From Acidimicrobiales bacterium (GTDB taxonomy: Bacteria; Actinomycetota; Acidimicrobiia; Acidimicrobiales; AC-14): a DNA stretch of 62,146 nt. Positions 38,595 to 46,650 of the stretch are shown here, piece by piece. Position numbers and translations under genes: made by a program. The stretch covers positions 1 through 62,146 of the forward strand of contig JBPCNP010000062.1 in the NCBI GenBank assembly GCA_051001215.1, in the 5' to 3' direction. Below the pieces are notes generated by a model that was given only the letters and a program-made list of their open reading frames with translations, made no database searches and was not told where the DNA came from. Within the stretch, counting starts at the first letter, position 1, and each line of letters opens with the position of its first letter.

Positions 38595-40028
38595 TCAGCG
38601 GGCGGGTGACTTCCTCCGGCCCGCCAGCACGAGGGCCCCACCCAGCTTCAGCGACATCCCGGCCAGGGCGATCATGGGGACGAAGTCGGCGCCGGTGGTG
38701 GGCATGCCGTTCGAGTCGGTGCTCCCGGTATCGGCCCCGGTCCCCGGGTCGGTGCTGCCGGCTGACGGGCTCGGGATGGGGTCCCCGGTCTGCGGATCGA
38801 AGGCCCCGGCACCGGGGTCGGTGCTGCCGGGATCGGTGACCCCGGTGTCGGCGTTCCCCGGGTCGGTGTTGCCCAGGTCGGTGTTGCCCAGGTCGGTCGT
38901 CCCGTCGCCGGTGCCGGCCGCCGGCTGGTTGATGCCTGTGCCGTCGCCCCGGCTGGCCAGCACCACGTCCAGGGCAACGGCGGCATCGCCGCTGCCATCG
39001 GACAGGACGAGGTGGTGGGCGCCTGGGGCGGCGTTGGCCGGGATCCTCACCGTCGTCCTGTAGGCGCCCTGCGGGTTGGCCGTGACGGCGCCGAGGACGG
39101 TGGGCACGCTGCACAGGGTGACCGTGAGCCGCTGACCGGAACCGAACCCGTTGCCCTGAAGTCCCAGCTCCTGGTCGGGTGTCGCCGCCTTGGCGCTCAC
39201 GCTCACTGTCCGGGTCATCCACGATGGCGAGGCAGTGAGGGCCGCGGGACCCAAGGCCTCGGCCTCCCGGCAGAGGGTGGCCGGATCCTTGGGATGACCC
39301 GCCCCTGCGGCGGCCCCACCCGCAGACGCCGGCGGCTCGGGCTCGGGCGACATTTTGTCGATGCGGTTCTCCGGCGAGTTGGCCACCAACACCGCCCCGG
39401 TCAGGTCGACGGTGACACCGAGCGGGCCCCTGATCGCCTCCGGGGGCGCCGTCGCCTCCGGGGGCGCGGCCGGGACCAGGGCCGGCGGCGCCGACTGGCC
39501 GGCACCGGCCACGAACTCCGCCCCGCCGGCCACGGTGGTGATGATGCCGGTGGCCGCGTCGATTCGGCGGATGCGCTGGTTGGCGGTGTCGGCCACGAAC
39601 ACGTTGCCGGTGCCGTCGACAGCCACGCCCGAGGGGTTGGCGAGCTGGGCCCTGGCTGCGGGCCCACCGTCGCCGCCGAAGCCGGCCGCGCCCTTGGCCG
39701 CCCCGCCGGCCACGGTGGTGATGATGCCGGTGGCCGCGTCGATTCGGCGGATGCGTTGGTTGGCGGTGTCGGCCACGAACACGTTGCCGGTGCCGTCGAC
39801 AGCCACGCCCGAGGGGTTGGCGAGCTGGGCCCCGGCTGCGGGCCCACCGTCGCCGCCGAAGCCGGCCGCGCCCGTGGCCGCCCCGCCGGCCACGGTGGTG
39901 AGCACCGACGAGGCCCACGCCGAGGCGTGGGTCATGCTCAGAGCCAGGACGCTCGCGGCGGCGAGCGCAGCCGGGCGTCTGACGCCGAGACGGCGGAGAT
40001 CGGAAATAGAGCGTCGCATGTGCGGCAT
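38595..40028 (-). CDS. NHL-repeat secreted protein with a C-terminal sorting-signal-like anchor
   Basis: NHL units (LANPSGVAVDGTGNVFVADTANQRIRRIDAATGIITTVAGG) occur twice plus a third degenerate unit. There is a signal peptide, a TD(P/L)G(N/S) repeat region, and a C-terminal MPTTG, hydrophobic helix and RRK tail. Confidence 0.8.
   Translation of the reverse strand: MPHMRRSISDLRRLGVRRPAALAAASVLALSMTHASAWASSVLTTVAGGAATGAAGFGGDGGPAAGAQLANPSGVAVDGTGNVFVADTANQRIRRIDAATGIITTVAGGAAKGAAGFGGDGGPAARAQLANPSGVAVDGTGNVFVADTANQRIRRIDAATGIITTVAGGAEFVAGAGQSAPPALVPAAPPEATAPPEAIRGPLGVTVDLTGAVLVANSPENRIDKMSPEPEPPASAGGAAAGAGHPKDPATLCREAEALGPAALTASPSWMTRTVSVSAKAATPDQELGLQGNGFGSGQRLTVTLCSVPTVLGAVTANPQGAYRTTVRIPANAAPGAHHLVLSDGSGDAAVALDVVLASRGDGTGINQPAAGTGDGTTDLGNTDLGNTDPGNADTGVTDPGSTDPGAGAFDPQTGDPIPSPSAGSTDPGTGADTGSTDSNGMPTTGADFVPMIALAGMSLKLGGALVLAGRRKSPAR
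39521..39880. repeat. Near-perfect tandem duplication, 2 x 180 nt (plus the first 20 nt of a third copy, to 39900)
   Basis: Lines 39541-39720 and 39721-39900 are identical except at 39576/39756, 39653/39833 and 39694/39874. Confidence 0.95.
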
Positions 40029-40109
40029 TGTCCGCCTTTCCTCGTGGTGTCGCGCAGGCTCAGCCGCGGCCGGGTCCTGAGATGCACCAGAGCCTATCGG
40101 CCGTCCTCG

Positions 40110-41039
40110 TCAGGCGAGTCCGGGGGCCTTCGGCAGCGACTGCTCGAACTCGGCGACGGGGGCGAACAGGTCGCCGTGTTCGTGCACCCGGGCGAGCACG
40201 GCATCGCCGTCGAAGACCACCGGGTCGGGGTCGCCGGTGGCTGCCACCCGTTCGACCTCGTCCCAGGTGAGGGGCGTGGACACGGTGGGCCGGTCCCGGG
40301 CGCGGAGGGAGTAGACGCACACCGTGGTCTTCACCGCGTCGTTCTGGCTCCAGTCGATGAGGACCTTGCCTTTCCTGAGCTCCTTGGCCATCTGCGAGAC
40401 GACCAGATCGGGGAGCCTGGCCTCGAGCATGCGAGCCAGGGCGTGGGCGAAGGGCTTGGTCTGGTCATAGGTGACGGGTGTGTTGAGGGGGGCGTAGATT
40501 TGCAGCCCCTTCGACCCCGACGTCTTGGCGAAGCTGGCCAGGCCCAGCTGGTCGAGGACCTCGCGCACCGCCAACCCGACCTGGGCGCACTCGACCATGG
40601 ATGCCGGTGCCCCCGGGTCGAGGTCGAACACGACCATGGTGGGGCGGGCCACGTCGTCGGCGCGGGCGAGCGAGGTGTGCAGCTCCAGTGACGCCAGGTT
40701 GGCCACCCACACGAGGGTGGACAGGTCGTTGGCCAGGCAGTAGTTGACGTCGGCCTTGTTGCGCCCGCTCCACACCGCCACCGTGTCGACCCAGGGGGGC
40801 CGGTGCGAAGGGCAGTTCTTCTCGTAGAAGAACTGGCCCCCGACGCCGTTGGGGTAGCGCTTGAGGGTGAGGGCGCGGTTGCGCAGGTGGGTCAGCAGCA
40901 CCGGTGCGATGCGCGAGTAGTAGTCGATGACCTGGCCCTTGGTGAACCCCGTCGCCGGGTAGAGCACCTTGTCGATGTTGGACAGCTTGAGCTGGCGTCC
41001 CTCGACGGTGACCTCGACCGGCGCCGCAGCCGGGCTCAC
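40110..41039 (-). CDS. NHEJ DNA polymerase/primase (stand-alone LigD polymerase domain)
   Basis: LKLSNIDKVLYPATGFTKGQVIDYY, FDLDP, KTSGSKGLQIYAPL and IDWSQN are canonical PolDom motifs. Confidence 0.9.
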   Translation of the reverse strand: MSPAAAPVEVTVEGRQLKLSNIDKVLYPATGFTKGQVIDYYSRIAPVLLTHLRNRALTLKRYPNGVGGQFFYEKNCPSHRPPWVDTVAVWSGRNKADVNYCLANDLSTLVWVANLASLELHTSLARADDVARPTMVVFDLDPGAPASMVECAQVGLAVREVLDQLGLASFAKTSGSKGLQIYAPLNTPVTYDQTKPFAHALARMLEARLPDLVVSQMAKELRKGKVLIDWSQNDAVKTTVCVYSLRARDRPTVSTPLTWDEVERVAATGDPDPVVFDGDAVLARVHEHGDLFAPVAEFEQSLPKAPGLA

Positions 41040-41851
41040 GTGTCGATCTTGTCCTTCTTGTCGCCCTTGGCCGTTTCGCCCTTCACCGCGGCCAGGCTGG
41101 CCTCCAGGGCGGCCATGAGGTCGACCACCTTGGTGGGCTCCTCGGTGGCGTCTTCGACCACGATCTCCTGGCCGGCCGCCTTCTGCTCGATGAGGTCGAG
41201 CACCCGCTGGCGGTACTCGTCGCGGTACTTGTCGGGTTCGAACTCCGACGACAGCGAGTCGATGAGCTGACGGGCCATCTTCTCCTCGCGGGGCGAGACG
41301 TCGACCTCGTCACGGGGCAGGTCGAGCTCGTCGTCGGGTACGACCTCGTCGGCGAACAGCATGGTCTCGAGCACCAGGGCGTCGCCCTTGGGACGGATGG
41401 CGGCCAGGTACTGCTTGGTGCGTAACACGACCCGGGCGATGCCCACCTTGTTGGTCTCGCGCATGGCCTCACGCAGCAGGGCATACGCCTTGGTACCGCC
41501 CTTGTCGGGCACCAGGTAGTAGGGCCGCTCGTAGAAGACGGGATCGATCTGGTCGAGGTCGACGAAGTCCTCGATGTCGATGGTCTTGGTGGCCTTGGGG
41601 TCGAGGGCGTCGAGCTCGTCGGGGGTGATGGTGACGTAGGTGTCGGGGCCCAGCTCGTAGCCCTTCACGATCTGGTCGAAGGGCACCTCCTCACCAGTGG
41701 CGGCCGAGACCCGCTTCTGCTTCACCCGGGCGTTCGACTTGGCGTCGAGCTGATGGAAGCGCACGTCCTTGGACGACACGGCACTGAACAGCTTCACGGG
41801 CACGTTCACCAGCCCGAAGCTGATGGCGCCGCTCCAGATTGGTCGTGGCAC
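41036..41851 (-). CDS. ku: Ku protein (NHEJ DNA end-binding)
   Basis: The start is refined to the GTG at 41851 (VPRPIWSGAISFGLVNVPVKLFSA...). It has a basic Lys-rich C-terminal tail and overlaps the PolDom start by 4 nt. Confidence 0.95.
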   Translation of the reverse strand: MPRPIWSGAISFGLVNVPVKLFSAVSSKDVRFHQLDAKSNARVKQKRVSAATGEEVPFDQIVKGYELGPDTYVTITPDELDALDPKATKTIDIEDFVDLDQIDPVFYERPYYLVPDKGGTKAYALLREAMRETNKVGIARVVLRTKQYLAAIRPKGDALVLETMLFADEVVPDDELDLPRDEVDVSPREEKMARQLIDSLSSEFEPDKYRDEYRQRVLDLIEQKAAGQEIVVEDATEEPTKVVDLMAALEASLAAVKGETAKGDKKDKIDT

Positions 41852-41930
41852 CGGCCACCTCCTTGGCCGACGATGGTAGATGGCCACGGGGCCGAACGGG
41901 TGAAGGAGTGGCGCCCAGTAGCCTGGCCGG

Positions 41931-42308
41931 ATGGCATCCACGGACAAGCCCGACGTCTCCGTTCCCGGCGGTCAGCCGCCGGCCGAGCTCGGTATGGAAG
42001 ATCTCACCATCGGCGACGGGGCCGAGGCCACCGCCGGTTCCCAGGTCGAGGTGCACTACGTGGGGGTCTCCTGGTCGAACGGAAAGCAGTTCGACGCGTC
42101 GTGGGACCGTGGGTCGACCTTCTCGTTCGGCCTCGGCGGCGGCCAGGTGATCTCGGGCTGGGACCGCGGGGTGGCGGGGATGAAGGTGGGTGGCCGGCGC
42201 CGGCTCACCATCCCTCCCGAGCTCGGCTACGGCAGCCGGGGGGCGGGCCGGGCCATCGGGCCGAACGAGACCCTCGTGTTCGTCGTGGACCTCATCGGCG
42301 TGAGCTAG
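41931..42308 (+). CDS. FKBP-type peptidyl-prolyl cis-trans isomerase
   Basis: VEVHYVGVSWSNGKQFDASWDRG.TFSFGLGGGQVISGWDRGVAGMKVGGRRRLTIPPELGYG is the FKBP core. Confidence 0.9.
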   Translation: MASTDKPDVSVPGGQPPAELGMEDLTIGDGAEATAGSQVEVHYVGVSWSNGKQFDASWDRGSTFSFGLGGGQVISGWDRGVAGMKVGGRRRLTIPPELGYGSRGAGRAIGPNETLVFVVDLIGVS

Positions 42309-42966
42309 CGCCGGGGCCGGGGACGGCAGCGGCGGCGGCCATGACCACGGCGGCGCCGAAGGCGACGCCTCCGACCACGTCGGTGGGGTAGTGCCAGCCG
42401 AGGCGCACCACGCCGGCTCCGGCGGCGAGGGGCAGGAGGGCGACCACGGGGGCCCAGTGCATGGCCGGGCGCCACCCGTACCAGCGGTTGACCAGCACCA
42501 GCACCAGGGCGGCGGCGGCCGCGGCCGTGGTGGCGTGGCCGGAGGGAAAGGCCAGACCGGTGCCGTGGTAGCGGCCGACGAGGGGCTTGGCCACCCCGTC
42601 GACGAGGGCGACGGCCAGGGCCGGTGCCCCCACGCTCACCACCACCGCCCAGGTGTCGTGTCGTCGCACGGCCAGAGCGGCCAGGACGACGACCAGGGCA
42701 ACGGCAACGGCGATGGTGCCCCAGGCGACGAGGGGCTGGGCCAGCGAGCGTGGTGCGGCGGCGCCAAAGTCGACTGTGAGGCGGCGGGGCGCGCGAATGG
42801 AGTCGACGATGCCCGATCCGATGCGGTCGACCCCGAGCGGCAAACCGGTGCCGCGAACGCGAAGGGCGAGGACGCCGACGACCGCGAACAGGCCGGCCGA
42901 GACCACCGAGAGCTCGCTCCGGCGAAGCCGGTCGATCGGTCGGCCATCTCCACCGATCCCTCGCAC
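42292..42966 (-). CDS. PAP2 family membrane phosphatase
   Basis: Multi-TM protein with PSGH and a (R)LGWHYPTDV acid-phosphatase motif. Confidence 0.75.
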   Translation of the reverse strand: MRGIGGDGRPIDRLRRSELSVVSAGLFAVVGVLALRVRGTGLPLGVDRIGSGIVDSIRAPRRLTVDFGAAAPRSLAQPLVAWGTIAVAVALVVVLAALAVRRHDTWAVVVSVGAPALAVALVDGVAKPLVGRYHGTGLAFPSGHATTAAAAAALVLVLVNRWYGWRPAMHWAPVVALLPLAAGAGVVRLGWHYPTDVVGGVAFGAAVVMAAAAAVPGPGASSRR

Positions 42967-43024
42967 GACCCGAGCCTAGGTCGCGGTTGGGGCTGTTCGG
43001 CCCGCGCCCGCTACGTTGGCGACG

Positions 43025-43270
43025 ATGACGTCATCGGAGGCGGTCGGAAACGCGTTTGCCTGGTTCGAGGTCAACAGCGGCTGGGCTCCGCCCGATGCCG
43101 AGACGCTGGACGACTGGCTGGGCGACGGCGTGTGCCGGTGCCCGGACGAGTGCCTGGTGGAACCGAACGGGTGGTGCGAGCACGGCCTGGCCAGTTGGTC
43201 GCTCATCCTCATGGCCGTGGAGGAAGCCGAGGGGCCGACGCTCCCCCGACCCGAGCAAGGGAGAAGATGA
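43025..43270 (+). CDS. Small Cys-containing hypothetical protein (81 aa)
   Basis: MTSSEAVGNAFAWFEVNSGWAPPDAETLDDWLGDGVCRCPDECLVEPNGWCEHGLASW... Its stop overlaps the ATG of the next gene (ATGA). I cannot name a family. Confidence 0.4.
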   Translation: MTSSEAVGNAFAWFEVNSGWAPPDAETLDDWLGDGVCRCPDECLVEPNGWCEHGLASWSLILMAVEEAEGPTLPRPEQGRR

Positions 43271-43695
43271 TGGGCAGCTTCGGTACCACCGTCCAAGCCG
43301 CACTCACCTCCGGACGTCTCGCCCATCTCGTCACCATCAACCCCGACGGGACCGCACAGATCAGCATCGTGTGGGTCGGCCTCGATGGCGACGACATCGT
43401 GGTCGGCCATCTCGGCCAGGGTCAGAAGATCCGCAACATCGAGCGCGATCCCCGGGTGGCACTGTCGATGGAGGCCGAGGGTCGAAACGAGATGGGCCTC
43501 GACCACTACCTCATCGTGCACGGCACTGCGACCCTCACCGAGGGGGGCGCAGCCGACCTGCTCCAGCGACTGGCCGAAATCTACCTTGGCCCCGGCGTGA
43601 AATTCCCGCCCTTCGACAACCCGCCCCCCGGGCGGGTCATTCGCATCGCCCCGACGCGCGTCGGCGGCGTCGGCCCGTGGGCCGAGACGGGCTGA
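43267..43695 (+). CDS. PPOX-class (pyridoxamine-5'-phosphate-oxidase-like) probable F420-dependent enzyme
   Basis: 142 aa: LAHLVTINPDGTAQISIVWVGLDGDDIVVGH...RNIERDPRVALS... is the typical split-barrel family pattern. Confidence 0.8.
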   Translation: MMGSFGTTVQAALTSGRLAHLVTINPDGTAQISIVWVGLDGDDIVVGHLGQGQKIRNIERDPRVALSMEAEGRNEMGLDHYLIVHGTATLTEGGAADLLQRLAEIYLGPGVKFPPFDNPPPGRVIRIAPTRVGGVGPWAETG

Positions 43696-43708
43696 ACGGT
43701 CGATCCTC

Positions 43709-44427
43709 GTGCGCGTCGGCATCCACCTGATGAGCTTCACCTGGCCCGGCCAGCCTGCGTCGATCGCCGCCACGCTGGCCGCGACCGCCCGGGAGGCCGA
43801 GGACGCCACCCCGGCCTGCTGGCCAAGATCGTCACCACCCTCGACGTCCTCTCCGGAGGCCGGGCCCAGCTCGGCCTCGGTGCCGCCTGGTACGAGCGGG
43901 AGCACGCCGCCCTGGGCGTGCCCTTCCCACCGCTTGCCGAGCGTTTCGAGCGCCTCGAGGAGACCGTGCGGATCTGCCTGCAGATGTGGAGTGACGACGA
44001 TGGCCCGTTCGAGGGTCGCCACTACCAATTGGCCGAGTCGCTGTGCTCGCCCCGTCCCGTCAGCGCTCCACACCCCGGGATCCTCATCGGCGGCAGCGGT
44101 GAGCGAAAGACCCTGCGACTGGTGGCCAGGTACGCCGACGCCTGCAACCTGTTCGCCACCGACCCCGACACCGTGGCCCGCAAGCTCGAGGTCCTCCGTG
44201 GTCACTGTGAGGCCGAAGAGCGGGACTACGCCACCATCGAAAAGACCATCCTGGCCATTGGCAACCCCCTGGCCGACCCGGACGCCTTCGTGGCCCAGAT
44301 GGCCGGCTACGCCCGCCTGGGTGTCGACACCGTGGCCGTGATGCCCGTCGGTGACCCCGTCGAGTTCACCGCCGACCTCGGCCTTCGGGTCATCCCCCGC
44401 CTCGCCGACCTCGAAGTCTCGGCCTGA
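43709..44427 (+). pseudogene. Luciferase-like (LLM class, F420-type) oxidoreductase with an internal deletion plus frameshift
   Basis: The N-terminal 33 aa (MRVGIHLMSFTWPGQPASIAATLAATAREAEDA, frame of 43709) are joined at ~43808-43812 to GLLAKIVTTLDVLSGGRAQLGLGAAWYEREHAALGVPFPPLAERFERLEE... in a different frame (that of ORF 43918..44427). The usual ~70-90 aa between these segments are missing. Confidence 0.6.
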
Positions 44428-44440
44428 GCCTGACGCCCGC

Positions 44441-45325
44441 TCACGGCTCCCAGCCCAGGTCGCTGCGGGCGTGGCGTCCCCAGTCGGGCTGGGTGCCGTC
44501 CACATCGGTGAAGCCGTAAGCCTGGTAGAGCTCCCAGGTGGCGGTGGCCGTACCGGTGCGGACCATCTTGTCGGCATCGGCGGCCAGAGCGGCCACGGCA
44601 CGGCCGAGGTAGCGCGGGGTCTCGGAGAAGGCGAAGTGCGGGTCCTTGGCGATGCCGTCGCGCCAGGTGGCCTCGGTCACGCCGAACAGCTCCAGCATGG
44701 CCTCCGAGCGCAGGAACCCCGGGCTCACTGCCACCGCTGCGGTCTGGTGGGCCCGGAGCTCCTCGCCCTGGGCCAGGGCCAGGCGGATGGCCGATGCCTT
44801 GGCCAGGTCGTAGAACAGCGAGCCGCGGTAACGGGGGCCCACGCCGTCGGTGACCTCGACGACGAGGCCGCCGGGCGTGCGGACCATGAGTGGCACCGCG
44901 TGCCAACTCGTGATGAGGTGCGTGTCCACGGCACCGCGCAGGAGGGACATGCCATTGGCCAGGTCGTGCTCCCAGAACGGGACGCCCCACTCGGCCAGAG
45001 GGTCGCCGCCCCAGATGTCGTTGACGAGGATGTCGAGGTGGCCCCGCTCGGCGTCGATCCGCCCGATCAGAGCCCGTACCTGGTCGGAGCTCGAATGGTC
45101 GACCTTGACGGCGACTCCCGTGCCGCCGGCGGCGTCGACCAACCGGGCCGTCTCCTCGATGGTCTCGGGACGGCCCATGGGTGAGGCAGACGAATCCGTG
45201 GTGCGGCCGGTGACATAGACGGTGGCTCCGGCCGCGCCCAGTTCGACGGCGATGCCGCGGCCGGCACCGCGAGTACCCCCGGCGACGAGCGCCACGCGAC
45301 CAGAGAGATCGGGGGCATCGCTCAC
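44441..45325 (-). CDS. SDR family oxidoreductase
   Basis: A VAGGTRGAGRGIA cofactor motif and a YDLAK (YxxxK-like) catalytic motif. Confidence 0.85.
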   Translation of the reverse strand: MSDAPDLSGRVALVAGGTRGAGRGIAVELGAAGATVYVTGRTTDSSASPMGRPETIEETARLVDAAGGTGVAVKVDHSSSDQVRALIGRIDAERGHLDILVNDIWGGDPLAEWGVPFWEHDLANGMSLLRGAVDTHLITSWHAVPLMVRTPGGLVVEVTDGVGPRYRGSLFYDLAKASAIRLALAQGEELRAHQTAAVAVSPGFLRSEAMLELFGVTEATWRDGIAKDPHFAFSETPRYLGRAVAALAADADKMVRTGTATATWELYQAYGFTDVDGTQPDWGRHARSDLGWEP

Positions 45326-45390
45326 AACGAGTTCTTGGCGCTGATCACGCGAGGTCGCATCTCGGTATGATCGCCGCCGAGGAGCGTGAG

Positions 45391-45783
45391 ATGGAAAACG
45401 AGGCGGTACGGGAAGTCATCGGGGGACCAGGCGTTCCCTCGGTCATCGGGCACTACTCCCCGGGCGTGCGGGCCGCCGGAATGGTCTATGTCTCCGGGCA
45501 GGCCGGCATCGACCCGGCGACCGGGAAGCCGGCCGGTGCCACCTTCGCCGAGCAGGCGAGACAGGCGCTCACCAATGTCGCCGCCGTCCTCGAGGCGGGT
45601 GGCAGCCGTCTCGATCTGGTGGTGAACATCACCGTGCTCATCGCCGACTTCAGCGTCTTCGCCGATCTCAACCAGGTCTTCTCGGAGTTCTTTCCTGCCG
45701 AACCCCCGGCTCGCATGACGATTCAGAACACCCTTCCCGGAGGCCTGCTCATCTCCGTCGGGTGCGTCGCCCTCGCCGGCTGA
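45391..45783 (+). CDS. ridA: RidA / YjgF / L-PSP family protein
   Basis: VIGHYSPGVRAAGMVYVSGQAGIDPATGK...ARQALTNVAAVLEAGGS... is the family pattern. The ATG at 45391 gives the usual ~130 aa. Confidence 0.85.
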   Translation: MENEAVREVIGGPGVPSVIGHYSPGVRAAGMVYVSGQAGIDPATGKPAGATFAEQARQALTNVAAVLEAGGSRLDLVVNITVLIADFSVFADLNQVFSEFFPAEPPARMTIQNTLPGGLLISVGCVALAG

Positions 45784-45789
45784 CCCTGG

Positions 45790-46650
45790 ATGGCGATCAT
45801 CCTGATCGTCGACGGCGACCCGGCGGGGCTCGAGCTGTTGGAGCGCGATATCGGCCGCCGTTACGGCGACGAACACCGGGTGGAGTCGACGACGAGCGGC
45901 GAATCCGCCCTCGCCGCCTGCGCTCGCTTGCGGGACGGTCCGAACCCGGTGGCCCTGGTGCTCGCCGCCGAGCTCCTCCCCGACAGCAACGGCTCGGCGA
46001 TCCTGCTGGGCGCCCGGGCCATGTTCCCCGAAGTCGGGCGGGTGCTGGTCACCAGTCACGCCGATGTCGAGGCGGCGATGGCCGCCATCAACGACACCGG
46101 AATCGACCAGTACCTGGCCAGTCCGTGGCAGTCGCCCGAGGACACGCTGTATCCCGTCATCGACGAGTTGCTGGCCGACTGGCGGGAGCGGATCGCCCTT
46201 CCCTATAGGCGGGTGCGAGACGTGATGCAGGGCACCGACGGCCTGGTTGGCGATGACGCCGACCTGCGCCAGGCGGCGGAGGTCGTCGCCTCGACCCGAA
46301 TCGGCGACCTGATGGTGGTCGACCCCGACGGAGCCTTCGTCGGTGTGCTGTCGGAGGGCGACATCCTGCGCAACGCCCTCCCCGACCTCGACGAGATCCT
46401 GGCTGCGGGCGGCTCGCTCTACGACGCCTACCAGCTCTTCATGGGCAAGGCCCACGCCCTTGCCGACCGACCTATCCTGCCTCTCGTCATCCGCGAGCCC
46501 CTGGTCATGCATCCCGACGATCACGTGGCCAAGGCGGCCACGATCCTGATCGAGCGACAGATCCGGCGGCTCCCTGTCGTCGACGACGGCCGGTTGGTGG
46601 GAACGGTGTCGCGCGCCGACATCTGCCGGGCGGTCGTGAGCACCCCGTGA
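45790..46650 (+). CDS. Pseudo-receiver (REC-like) domain fused to a CBS pair
   Basis: It has a REC fold (MAIILIVDGDP...VALVLAAELLPDSNG...VLVTSHAD...DQYLASPW), but Ala occupies the phospho-acceptor Asp position and Ser the conserved Lys position. The C-terminal half is a tandem CBS pair (VRDVMQG..., GVLSEGDIL, VMHPDDHV..., GTVSRADI). Confidence 0.75.
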   Translation: MAIILIVDGDPAGLELLERDIGRRYGDEHRVESTTSGESALAACARLRDGPNPVALVLAAELLPDSNGSAILLGARAMFPEVGRVLVTSHADVEAAMAAINDTGIDQYLASPWQSPEDTLYPVIDELLADWRERIALPYRRVRDVMQGTDGLVGDDADLRQAAEVVASTRIGDLMVVDPDGAFVGVLSEGDILRNALPDLDEILAAGGSLYDAYQLFMGKAHALADRPILPLVIREPLVMHPDDHVAKAATILIERQIRRLPVVDDGRLVGTVSRADICRAVVSTP

